From Planctomycetota bacterium (GTDB lineage Bacteria > Planctomycetota > UBA8108 > UBA1146), in the NCBI GenBank assembly GCA_032128395.1, contig JAQBGV010000184.1, positions 3,907-67,906 on the forward strand: a DNA stretch of 64,000 nt. The letters run 5' to 3'. Made by a program: the position numbers and the translations under genes. Shown piece after piece: positions 38,597-47,026 of the stretch (positions are counted from its first letter, which is position 1; every line of letters begins with the position of its first letter). A model generated the notes under the pieces. It did not search any database. It saw nothing but the letters and a program-made list of their open reading frames with translations, and had not been told where the DNA came from.

Positions 38597-39184
38597 ATGG
38601 GAGGCGGCATGGATCCGAGAGAACTCTTGCTCGGACGTGAGCTCGTCGCGAGCGAACTTCTGCGCCCTGAGCACCTTCGGATCGCGCTCGACTATCAGGC
38701 CCAGTTGCACGGCCGGCTCGAGGACATTCTGGTCAAGCTCGACTTCATCGACGAGCGGAAGCTGAGTGAGTTCGTCGCCGAGCGCGAGCATATGCGCACC
38801 GTCGACCTCACCAGTCGGGAGATCGACGAACAGCTGATGGAGCGGATCCCTCGCGACGTGATCGAGCGGCACGAAGTGCTGCCGTTCCGACTCGACGCCG
38901 AGACGGTCCTCCTCGCGATGAGCGATCCGACTGATTTCCGGGCGATCGACGAGGTGCAGTTCCTGACGAGTTGCAAGGTCGAGACCGCCATCGCCCCGCG
39001 CACCGCCCTCCGGGAGCGGATCGAACGATACTACGACACCCTCCCTGCACCCCCGCCCGCCCCGCTTCCGCTCGAGGAGCGACTCCTCGAGCGGGTTGCG
39101 GATCCCGCGATGCAGGCGCTGGCCCGGATTCTCCTGCGCAAGGGCGTCATTCAAGCGGAGGATTGGGAGCAGGAGATTCGCTAG
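38597..39184 (+). CDS. Stand-alone T2SSE_N (GspE/PilB N-terminal) domain protein
   Basis: LLGRELVASELLRPEHLRIALDYQ...LEDILVKLDFIDERKLSEFVAE...IDEQLMERIPRDVIERHEVLPFRLDAETVLLAMSDPTDFRAIDEVQFLT matches the GspE N1 domain consensus end to end. Confidence 0.6.
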   Translation: MGGGMDPRELLLGRELVASELLRPEHLRIALDYQAQLHGRLEDILVKLDFIDERKLSEFVAEREHMRTVDLTSREIDEQLMERIPRDVIERHEVLPFRLDAETVLLAMSDPTDFRAIDEVQFLTSCKVETAIAPRTALRERIERYYDTLPAPPPAPLPLEERLLERVADPAMQALARILLRKGVIQAEDWEQEIR

Positions 39185-39243
39185 GAGGCAGTCGAAAAAC
39201 CTCGATTCGGACGTCGCCGGCTTGCTCCCGCCCTGTCGGACGG
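39181..39243 (-). repeat. About 63-bp intergenic repeat, copy B (inverted orientation relative to copy A)
   Basis: See copy A; lies between convergent gene ends 39184 and 39296. Confidence 0.7.
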
Positions 39244-39295
39244 CGGCTCAGATCGAGGGTTCCACCCCTGCGATCGACCTGTCTGGGCCGGGACA

Positions 39296-39964
39296 CTAGT
39301 CGTAGAGATCGTCCCCGCGTGCTCCGCGATCGAGCGTGCCGTTCTCGGAGACGCTCTCGTCGAGGCAATTCGGGCCGGTCGAGTAGACTCGCCAGCTTCC
39401 GTCCTCGGCGAGGAGGCGGTAGGGCGCTCCGAACGGATCGAGCAAGCTACCCACAGGGGAGATCGGAATTCCCTCGAATGCCTTCGGGTCCGCGGCGCGC
39501 AACGTCTCACCCCATCGCTCGATCAGGGGACTCCCGCCGGGGGCCGGCAGGTGCTTCTCGACCGCGCTCTGGATCTTCTCGATCTGGTCGTGGGTCTGGT
39601 CGATGAGCTTGAGTTGAGCTCGCCCCCCCGACAGCGTCCCGATCATGAGCTCCACGGCGAGGAGGAGGACGAAAACGACGCCGATCAGGAACGGGAGAAG
39701 CGCCAGCGAGACACGTCGGGGGTGCCCGCTCGCAGACCGGAGCGGTTCGCGGAACTGGAGATGGCGCGGCGGTGGCGACTCGATCCTGCCGAGCTGCCAA
39801 CGAAGGAGCTCCTGGTCGAGGCGGATCGCGTCTGCAAGCTCCCGGCAACTCCAGCAGCGCTGCAGATGGTCCTCGGCCTCGACCGAGGTCAGATCCTCAC
39901 AGACCCATGCCTCGAGCGCGCGCCGGCACTCCTCCGGGAGCACGCCGGGGGAATTCGTGCTCAT
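39296..39964 (-). CDS. Anti-sigma factor (zf-HC2) fused to a pseudopilin-like TM helix and GspG-like periplasmic domain
   Basis: N-terminal HLQRCWSCREL motif; TM LLLAVELMIGTLSG resembling the pilin hydrophobic helix with Glu; C-terminal DPFGAPYRLLAEDGSWRVYSTGPN...GDDL resembling the GspG DPWGNxYxL...G.DG region; ATGA overlap with upstream ECF sigma. Confidence 0.55.
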   Translation of the reverse strand: MSTNSPGVLPEECRRALEAWVCEDLTSVEAEDHLQRCWSCRELADAIRLDQELLRWQLGRIESPPPRHLQFREPLRSASGHPRRVSLALLPFLIGVVFVLLLAVELMIGTLSGGRAQLKLIDQTHDQIEKIQSAVEKHLPAPGGSPLIERWGETLRAADPKAFEGIPISPVGSLLDPFGAPYRLLAEDGSWRVYSTGPNCLDESVSENGTLDRGARGDDLYD

Positions 39965-40602
39965 TCTCGATCTCCTTCTCCGGAATCTGTCTTTTCGACC
40001 TCCCGCGATTCCCGCGGCAGGGATTCCTTCGCGAGCCTCTCGCGGAGGAGCAGATGCGCACGAAAGATCCGGTTCCGGATCGTTCCCTCCGGCTCTTCGA
40101 GGAGTCGCGCGATCTGAGCCGGGGTCAGCCCCGACCAGTATCTCAGGATCAAGACCGTGCGGTACAGCTCGGGGATCTCCCCGAGAATCGTGCGGAGAGC
40201 CTCTGCTCGCTGCGGGTCGAGCCCAGGCTCGCCAGCGCTCACCTCGGCGGGTTCTTCACGCTCGGGTAGCCGGGTCTCGGGCCTCACCCCGAACCATCGG
40301 TGCGAGTCGATCACCTTTCTCGACGCGATCGCGAGTATCCAGGAGACCGCGCTCTCCGAATTCCGCAGTGAGCCACGCTTCTCCCAGGCCTGGAGAAAGC
40401 TCTCCTGAGTCAGATCCTCGGCTCGCTCTCGGTCCGAAATCCGCTGCCGGATGAAGACGTAGACGAGCCCCCAGAGTTGCTCGACAACCCGGTGGAAGGC
40501 TTCGCGATCCCCCGCGAAGGCGAGCCGGAGGGTATCCGGATCGGGTCGGTGTCGTTTCCCACCCTGCTCGTTGGTCCGATCCTCGGCCTCCTCCGAGCAC
40601 AT
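39961..40602 (-). CDS. ECF (group IV) sigma-70 factor
   Basis: Region 2 EDLTQESFLQAWEK, region 4 VLILRYWSGLTPAQIARLLEEPEGTIRNRIFRAHLLL. Confidence 0.8.
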   Translation of the reverse strand: MCSEEAEDRTNEQGGKRHRPDPDTLRLAFAGDREAFHRVVEQLWGLVYVFIRQRISDRERAEDLTQESFLQAWEKRGSLRNSESAVSWILAIASRKVIDSHRWFGVRPETRLPEREEPAEVSAGEPGLDPQRAEALRTILGEIPELYRTVLILRYWSGLTPAQIARLLEEPEGTIRNRIFRAHLLLRERLAKESLPRESREVEKTDSGEGDRE

Positions 40603-40784
40603 CCTGAGGTCCCTTCGACCGAGGGGAGTCGTGTCGCATCCACCCGCAGCTGGAGACGTTGCGGCGACGGGGCCGTTGCTCCTCCGTTTGACGCCGGCTC
40701 GTACCCCATCATAGGCTTCCTCAAGGAACCATCGATGGATCGAACCTCACCAGATCCTCGGACACAGGATGGGGAACGGGTGCA

Positions 40785-41789
40785 ATGGCGAAGAAGAAGA
40801 AGAGCGAAGAAGAGTTGTCTCCGGCGATGCAGACGGAGGACCTGACCGGTGCATTCCCCCCGGGGGACTTCACCGGCTCCTTCCCGACCGAAGGGCTCGG
40901 CCATCCGGTCGGCGCGACCGGGGAGCATGGGCTCCGGACCGAAGGTCACTCCGGTGACCTTGGCATGCCGACGGAGGGATTCACGGGTGAGCAGCCGATC
41001 CCGACGGAGGGTTTTACTTCCTCCTACGGCATGCCCACCAGCAGCATGACCGGGGACCATGGCATTTTGCCCACGGAGGGATTCATCGCGCATGGAGCAC
41101 CGATGGGAGGCCAGGAGCTCGATGAACTCGATGACGTGCTCGTTCTCCTCCCGGAGGAAGACGACGTACGGGGCTACACCGGCGAGGTGATCCGCACCGA
41201 GGGGATGGGTGATCCGACGATCCAAGCGACGACCGGGTACGTGCCTTCGAGCGAGTCCCCGACCGGGATCGAGGATGTCCAACTCCTTTCACAGCATCCC
41301 GACTTCGGGTTGCACCCAGTCGACACTCTCCCTGACGCGCAGGTCCTCGAAGAGCTCCCCGACATCGAAGATGTCGAGGACATCACCTCCCTCGTCGAGG
41401 AGGCAGTCGCCTACGACCTCCCCCCGCCGATGGCGGACTTCGAAGATGAGTTCGGCGCGATGCCGAGCCGCTCCGGTCGCCGTCGAAGCGGCTTCGGCGC
41501 GTTTCTCCGTATTGCCGCCGCGGCCGCGTTGCTCGTGACCGGGGTTCTCTACGGACCGGAGCTCTACGACCGCTATCTCGAGCAGGGCAACACAGCCCTC
41601 GCGAGCGGCTCGAACGGCGGCGGTGGCACGTCCACGGGCCCACCCGTGGCGATCACCGATCCCGTCACCACTGGCCCGGGATCCGGTGACCCAGGGGCCG
41701 GTGTCCATCCGGTCCAGGTCCAGTTTCGGGATTGGGTCGATGGGGTGTTGGCCGCAAACTTCGGGACCAACGTCCCGTCGGATCGATAG
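40785..41789 (+). CDS. Acidic hypothetical protein with degenerate (P/R)TEG(F/L/H) repeats and a C-terminal hydrophobic segment
   Basis: Six spaced xTEGx repeats mirrored by repeated ccgacggagggattcac DNA units; TM-like FGAFLRIAAAAALLVTGVLYG. Confidence 0.4.
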   Translation: MAKKKKSEEELSPAMQTEDLTGAFPPGDFTGSFPTEGLGHPVGATGEHGLRTEGHSGDLGMPTEGFTGEQPIPTEGFTSSYGMPTSSMTGDHGILPTEGFIAHGAPMGGQELDELDDVLVLLPEEDDVRGYTGEVIRTEGMGDPTIQATTGYVPSSESPTGIEDVQLLSQHPDFGLHPVDTLPDAQVLEELPDIEDVEDITSLVEEAVAYDLPPPMADFEDEFGAMPSRSGRRRSGFGAFLRIAAAAALLVTGVLYGPELYDRYLEQGNTALASGSNGGGGTSTGPPVAITDPVTTGPGSGDPGAGVHPVQVQFRDWVDGVLAANFGTNVPSDR

Positions 41790-41807
41790 AAGGGAGCGAG
41801 GAGCCCA

Positions 41808-42722
41808 ATGAAGCGCTACCTGATCGGGACCACATTTGCCTCTCTGCTGCTCGTCCTCGCCTGCTCGGCCCCGGCCGAGGCGGGAAGCGTCTTCCTGAAG
41901 AACGGCTACATCCTTCAGGGCCGGATCGTCGAGCGCGGCGAGGGAGTCGTCGTCCTCGGATGGCAGAACGGCAGAGTGACGATCCACGATCGATTCATCG
42001 ATGAAGTCCTCCTGGATCCCTCCGAGGAGGAGATGATTCGCAGCAAGCGAGAGCTCGATGCGGTCGAAGCGGAGCAGACCGCCGTCGCGATCGAGGACTT
42101 CACCCTACGAAGCAATGAGGTGATCGCCCTTCCGGTGAGTTACCAGTCGATCCTCACACGCGACACGTCTGATCCGGGGACTCCGATCGGCCCCGGCGGG
42201 GCCATGACCATCGTGGATCCACTCGCCCAGGTGACGACCGATCCCAGGGGATCGACCCCTGGAACCGTGGTCGGAGTCGTCCCGAGTCCCTCCGATTTGG
42301 AAAAAATATTTCCGGCTCTCGGGGTGGCGATCGAGGTCCCCGAAGGGTGGCGGGTCGATGAGAAGCCCGACTCGCTGCGAGTCGGATTGGTGGGGAAGCC
42401 CGCAGTCGCCGCGCTCACCGTCGACCTCTGGCACGGGAAGAACCTCAAGGCACTCGAGGCTCTCCGCATCATCGAAGACAGTCTCACCTCGAGCTTTCCG
42501 TCCGCCTCGATCGAAGCGGGTGCGGAGATGGTCATCGGCGGAAAAGCCGCGATTTCATTGGTCTGCCGCGATACGGAGAGGCGAATCGGGTGCCGTCAAA
42601 ATGTGATCGAGACGTTGAACGGAGTGTTCGTGCTGGGCATGTACCTCCCGCTCGATGCCGATCCGACGATGGCACTCGCACTCGATGATGTTCTGACTTC
42701 GCTTCGCTTCATCTCCGAGTAG
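41808..42722 (+). CDS. Secreted hypothetical protein with signal peptide
   Basis: MKRYLIGTTFASLLLVLACSAPAEA signal; coding-like composition; no recognizable domain. Confidence 0.45.
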   Translation: MKRYLIGTTFASLLLVLACSAPAEAGSVFLKNGYILQGRIVERGEGVVVLGWQNGRVTIHDRFIDEVLLDPSEEEMIRSKRELDAVEAEQTAVAIEDFTLRSNEVIALPVSYQSILTRDTSDPGTPIGPGGAMTIVDPLAQVTTDPRGSTPGTVVGVVPSPSDLEKIFPALGVAIEVPEGWRVDEKPDSLRVGLVGKPAVAALTVDLWHGKNLKALEALRIIEDSLTSSFPSASIEAGAEMVIGGKAAISLVCRDTERRIGCRQNVIETLNGVFVLGMYLPLDADPTMALALDDVLTSLRFISE

Positions 42723-42910
42723 CCGATGGCGCGTGGTGGGGTCGCCGAGTGCGCGACTCCACCACGCGACCGTCGCCCAATCTTCGCGACGCGCACCGAC
42801 GCGAAGCTCCCATCCCAAAACTCCATTGAACCTGCGGGTCCCCTCGTTACGATAACGAGGTCTCGGGAGGGCGTTCCCTCGTGGGTCGCTCGACCGGCGC
42901 ACAGCACGAC

Positions 42911-42956
42911 GCGCGCGCAGCACTTCTTCGCGCGAGTTTTTGGCGCGAGTTTTTGG
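42911..42956 (+). terminator. GC hairpin (CGCGCG arms) followed by duplicated GAGTTTTTGG; candidate intrinsic terminator downstream of the 41808..42722 gene
   Basis: cgcgcgcagcacttcttcgcgcgag + ttttt, with 13-bp unit cgcgagtttttgg repeated twice in tandem. Confidence 0.35.
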
Positions 42957-43601
42957 CGCCAAGTGCAACACGCCGGACTGCGATCTGTCGAGAGTCGTCC
43001 ATGAGCCCGAGGGGCGTGTGGACCCCCGCGAAGGGTCCGCGTCAGGATCGCGGCGTGGGAGAGTCAAGAGATCTCACTCTCGGAGTTCTCACTCTCTCGA
43101 GGGGTCGTCACTAGACGGCACCACGCGGTCGGAGCACAACGGCGCGTTGTCCCGCCGCTGGCTCTCGATCAGGGGAGGACAGCCCCCGGGGGCAGAATTG
43201 CTTCGGAGGAAGAGGATCGCGCGGAGGAAGGACGGGGCTCAGGCCCTGGTTTCCGGATTCTGGGCTCAGGAGGACGCTTCCTTACCCTCTCGGTCCCCGT
43301 GGTCATCCACGGGTGGCCGCGGTCCGGTGCAAATTCGACCGGGCAGAACGACGCGTTTTGGAGTTTGGGGTGCTCCTGTTGTTCCGATGGGCCGCGCATT
43401 CACTACTTGCATCATTGGCACTCGAATCATGGGCCCTCGAATCGACGGCACTCGAGTCATCGGGCTCACATTCCCAACCAGCAGGTGCGCAAGAAATTGC
43501 GCGTCGTCCGTCGGGGGCGACGCCGAGTAACGAATCGTGTCCCTTGTGGGGATACGAGGCATCAGGATTGAGGGGGATTCCCCCTGAAGGAGTGTTTCAC
43601 G

Positions 43602-43901
43602 ATGGCGAAGAAGAGAGCGGCGAAGAAGAAGACTGCGAAGCGGAAGACTGCGAAGCGGAAGACTGCGAAGCGGAAGACTGCGAAGCGGAAGACTGCGAAG
43701 CGGAAGACCAAGAAGAAGGCGGCAAAGAAGACGACCGCCAAGCGTAAGACGAAGAAGAAGGCTGCGAAGAAGACCGCGAAGCGGAAGACCAAGAAGAAGG
43801 CGGCGAGTAAGAAAACCGCCAAGAAGAGGACCGCAAAGCGGAAGACCAAGAAGAAGGCGGCGCGTAAGAAGACCGCCAAGAAGGCGACTACGTCAAAGTA
43901 A
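43602..43901 (+). CDS. Histone H1-like Lys/Ala-rich nucleoid protein (KKTAKRKT repeats)
   Basis: 99-aa protein almost entirely AKK/KRKT repeats, encoded by 15-bp tandem DNA repeats; RBS AGGAG upstream. Confidence 0.65.
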   Translation: MAKKRAAKKKTAKRKTAKRKTAKRKTAKRKTAKRKTKKKAAKKTTAKRKTKKKAAKKTAKRKTKKKAASKKTAKKRTAKRKTKKKAARKKTAKKATTSK

Positions 43902-44087
43902 CGGGGCCCGCCACCGACCATCGTCCCTGGCGGTCCGGGAAGAAGGGAACCTCGACCTCGCCCACGAAGCCGAAGTACGACTTCTGGGGCTACACGGTTT
44001 GAGGTTTCGGATTCCCCGCCCGCCGGGCGAGCGTCGGCTGCGCGGGCGTTCCGGGGTGATTGCGCGAGAGGCCTCGGCCTGTCGCCG

Positions 44088-44128
44088 GAAGGGGTGGGGG
44101 CGTGGTCCCCACCCCTTCTTCCTTTGTG
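44088..44128 (+). terminator. 12-bp perfect GC-rich hairpin followed by T-rich tract; candidate intrinsic terminator downstream of the histone-like gene
   Basis: GAAGGGGTGGGG-gcgtggt-CCCCACCCCTTC followed by TTCCTTTGTG. Confidence 0.4.
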
Positions 44129-44743
44129 CGCCTTGTCCCGGCGCTGTCAACTGAGCCTAATGAAAGTCCGTCTGCGACTTTGCAACGCTTTCTGAACCGC
44201 CGAGTACGGAGCCGTACGCACGGTGGCGCGGGAGCTGAGAGGGGTGACCCCCCCTCGACCAGAACCCCACTCCGAGCCTGCCCCAGTGAGTTGCCCTCGC
44301 CGGACCCGCGGCCACGATCCTCCGCGAAATCCTCCTTGCCCCCTGAGAAACGGTGGGTTCGCCGGGTCCGGCTCCCTCACCATGGAGGAGGGGTACCCCT
44401 GGTGATATGATCCATTTCTGGATCGTCGCTCCCGCTGGAGGGGGCGTGAGCCTTCAGATGTCTTGGGTGCTGATGGACTTGAGTGTGGATGGACTTGAAG
44501 GCTGGTGGAACTGAGCGCGAGTGGACCTGAGGGGGTGTGGATCCCAGGTCCAATCCGGTTTCGAACGCTGCCCGCGCCAGTATCTTGCGAGAGCGGGACT
44601 CGCCCATCTTCGGGAGTTGATCTCGCGGTTCTCAGGTGACTTCACCGAGGCGAAGCCGATCACGAAAGTCGCTCCGCACCCACCATGGCTCGCCGAAGTC
44701 GATCTTCTCTGGACCCATCGAAGAAGGAAGAGAGAGCGATTCC

Positions 44744-46849
44744 ATGCGAGTGTGTTGCCCGACCACGCTCCGATCGCGGCCGCTGTTCCTTTCCGCGGTT
44801 CCGCCTCTCTACCACACTCTGGGGGTGGTGTTCCTTCTCAGCTTCGTCCTCGGCTCGGCACCCGCCGTCGGGCAGACCTTCAACGCGGAGGCGACGCTCT
44901 CGACCGCGGATCCCGACGACATCACTATGCGGATCTTCCAGTCGGGGCACCTCTACATCGCATTCGTCGAGTCGAACGAGGTATTTCTCCAAGAAGGTCC
45001 GAACTTCGCTGAGTTTCCCCCTTCGATGGGTACCCCCGGGGTCGCCCAGCGACACCCTGGGATCGCGATTTCCCTTCCGGGCGCGCTCACTGTGTTCTGG
45101 GAGGAAGACGACGCGAGTCCGGGGGCGACTGGACCGGAGATCCTCTACCGGGTGAGTGTCGGTGGAGGCCTCGGTTCGCCGACGGCACTCGATCCCAGCC
45201 CGCTCCCCGACCTGGAGCCTGCTCTCGCGACGGACGTCGGTTTCGGAAGCCGGGATGTGGTTTGGACTCATGACCCGATCGGGGGGCCCCCCGAGATCTA
45301 CTTCAGCATCGATCTGGCGCCGGGGACCTCGGTCGCAGTGGGGGAGGAACCGGCTCTCGCGACCTTCGATGGCATCGGCCACGAGCTGGTCTACCGTCGG
45401 AGCGGCAGCGTGTTCCAGCGCTCTCGGGTGGGTGGGAATTGGAGCCCCGAGACGCAGATCTCCGGGCTCCTCACCGGGGTGTCTGCACCTCAGGTCGAGC
45501 GCGATGCCTTCGGGGCGGTCCACGCGATCTTCCTCTCCGGCGGAAAAACTTGGTACGTGCGCCGCCCCTCCGGAGGAGGATTCACCGCTCCGATCGAGGT
45601 GACTCCGGGAGTATTCGATGTCACTGAGGCGCAGCTGGTCGTCGAGGATGGCGGGAGCGTTCACGTTTTCTATCTCTCCGGCGGCGACATCTGGCGCCGC
45701 GAGGGTTCGCTCGGGATCTTCGATGCGAACACGAACCTCACGCTCACCCCGGGCGACCCGGAAGACCGCTTCGCGGCCGGGGTGGACGGGCTGGGTTCCC
45801 TCCACCTCGCCTACCGGCGCGCTGGCCTCCTCCGGTACCGCAACAACGCGCCCCCGCCGGTCGCCGCAATCTCGATCGCACCGGCGATCGGCGAGGTGCC
45901 GCACAATGTGACCTTCACGGATCTCTCCACCGGGGAGATCGAGGAGTGGTTGTGGCAGTTCGGGGACGGTGAGGTTTCATCGCAGATCCATCCCACTCAC
46001 GTATACCTGGTTCCGGGGAACTACACGATCACTCTCGAGGTCTCCGGTCCGGGGGGCACCGATTCCATCACTGTGCCATCCGGAGTGCAGGTCTTTCCGC
46101 CGAGCAACGTGATCCGGGTCCCGTCGGTCTCCGTACTGCAGGGTCAGTCGAACGTGACGCTTCCCGTCCTCTCGACCCACGTCGACCCGCTCCAGGGCTA
46201 TCAGAACGGCATGATCTGGGATCCGACCGTCCTTCATCTCCAAGAGGCGACGATCGTCGGGACTGCGACCGAGGCGTTGTTCGCGGAGTTTCTGGTCATC
46301 AACCTGGTCGCTGGGCCGAACGGGCCGGAGGGCCTCACCATGGGAGTGGTGTTCGACACCATTCCTCCGTTCGACGGGCGGGTCATCCTCCCCGGGGTCG
46401 ACCATCGCACTCTCCACCTCGTGTTCGATGTCGACGGCGGGGCTCCGCCGAACGAGACGACCCTGATCGAGTTCGTAGACACGTTCGGCCAGCCGCCCGT
46501 GCTCAATATCTTCATCGTCGGCGGCGTCAGTCAAACTCCGTTCCCGATCGCCGGGGAGATCCTCATCCTTCCGTTCGTGCTGCCTCCCCCGATCGCATTC
46601 CTGCGAGGGGACTTCGAGAGCGATCAGCTGATCGTGATCAGCGACGCGATCAATCTCCTCGCGTACCTCTTCGGCGGCGGGATGCCCCCCTTCTGCGCGG
46701 ACTCCGGAGATGTGAACGATAGCGGCACGATCGACCTCTCCGACCCGATCTATCTGCTCAATTTCCTCTTCGTCGGAGGAAATCCGCCCCCGTACCCGTG
46801 GCCGTCCGGGGGCTACGATCCGACCGCGGACACACTCCCCGGGTGCTGA
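44744..46849 (+). CDS. Secreted beta-rich protein with PKD domain and C-terminal dockerin-like Ca-binding repeat (annotated ORF begins 44636)
   Basis: Signal peptide; PKD signature WLWQFGDGEVSSQIHPTHVYLVPGNYTITLEVSG; C-terminal GDVNDSGTIDLSDPIYLLNFLFVGG dockerin-type repeat. Confidence 0.55.
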   Translation: MRVCCPTTLRSRPLFLSAVPPLYHTLGVVFLLSFVLGSAPAVGQTFNAEATLSTADPDDITMRIFQSGHLYIAFVESNEVFLQEGPNFAEFPPSMGTPGVAQRHPGIAISLPGALTVFWEEDDASPGATGPEILYRVSVGGGLGSPTALDPSPLPDLEPALATDVGFGSRDVVWTHDPIGGPPEIYFSIDLAPGTSVAVGEEPALATFDGIGHELVYRRSGSVFQRSRVGGNWSPETQISGLLTGVSAPQVERDAFGAVHAIFLSGGKTWYVRRPSGGGFTAPIEVTPGVFDVTEAQLVVEDGGSVHVFYLSGGDIWRREGSLGIFDANTNLTLTPGDPEDRFAAGVDGLGSLHLAYRRAGLLRYRNNAPPPVAAISIAPAIGEVPHNVTFTDLSTGEIEEWLWQFGDGEVSSQIHPTHVYLVPGNYTITLEVSGPGGTDSITVPSGVQVFPPSNVIRVPSVSVLQGQSNVTLPVLSTHVDPLQGYQNGMIWDPTVLHLQEATIVGTATEALFAEFLVINLVAGPNGPEGLTMGVVFDTIPPFDGRVILPGVDHRTLHLVFDVDGGAPPNETTLIEFVDTFGQPPVLNIFIVGGVSQTPFPIAGEILILPFVLPPPIAFLRGDFESDQLIVISDAINLLAYLFGGGMPPFCADSGDVNDSGTIDLSDPIYLLNFLFVGGNPPPYPWPSGGYDPTADTLPGC

Positions 46850-46887
46850 CCCTCCCCGATGGAGCTCGCGATCGGGCTCGATCCGAG

Positions 46888-46947
46888 GACTGGGTAGATC
46901 GAGAACTGGGCAGATCGAGAACTGGGTAGATCAAGGACTGGGGTCGG
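46888..46947 (+). repeat. 3.75 tandem copies of a 16-bp unit (g/a)ACTGGG(t/c)AGATC(g/a)AG upstream of the efflux operon
   Basis: gactgggtagatcgag aactgggcagatcgag aactgggtagatcaag gactggggtcgg; 80 bp before the MFP start; a TATACT -10-like element follows at 46959. Confidence 0.6.
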
Positions 46948-47026
46948 AAGGTCCACTCGCGTATACTCGCCTTCCACCGATCCGCGTCCCGGTCCCGAGA
47001 GGACCCCCAACCGGAGATCCCCCCGA

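Noticed and set aside
42722-43600. Short ORFs (92-196 aa) in the lower-GC gap upstream of the histone-like gene
   Set aside because: They overlap one another in different frames and have Arg/Ser/Gly-rich composition with no domain signatures. The region is better explained as regulatory or terminator space with small repeats.
43600-43900. CRISPR-like or satellite array
   Set aside because: The periodic 15-bp repeats are contiguous, with no spacers, and are in frame inside a Lys/Ala-rich ORF. They are coding repeats, not a CRISPR array. No cas genes were seen anywhere in the window.
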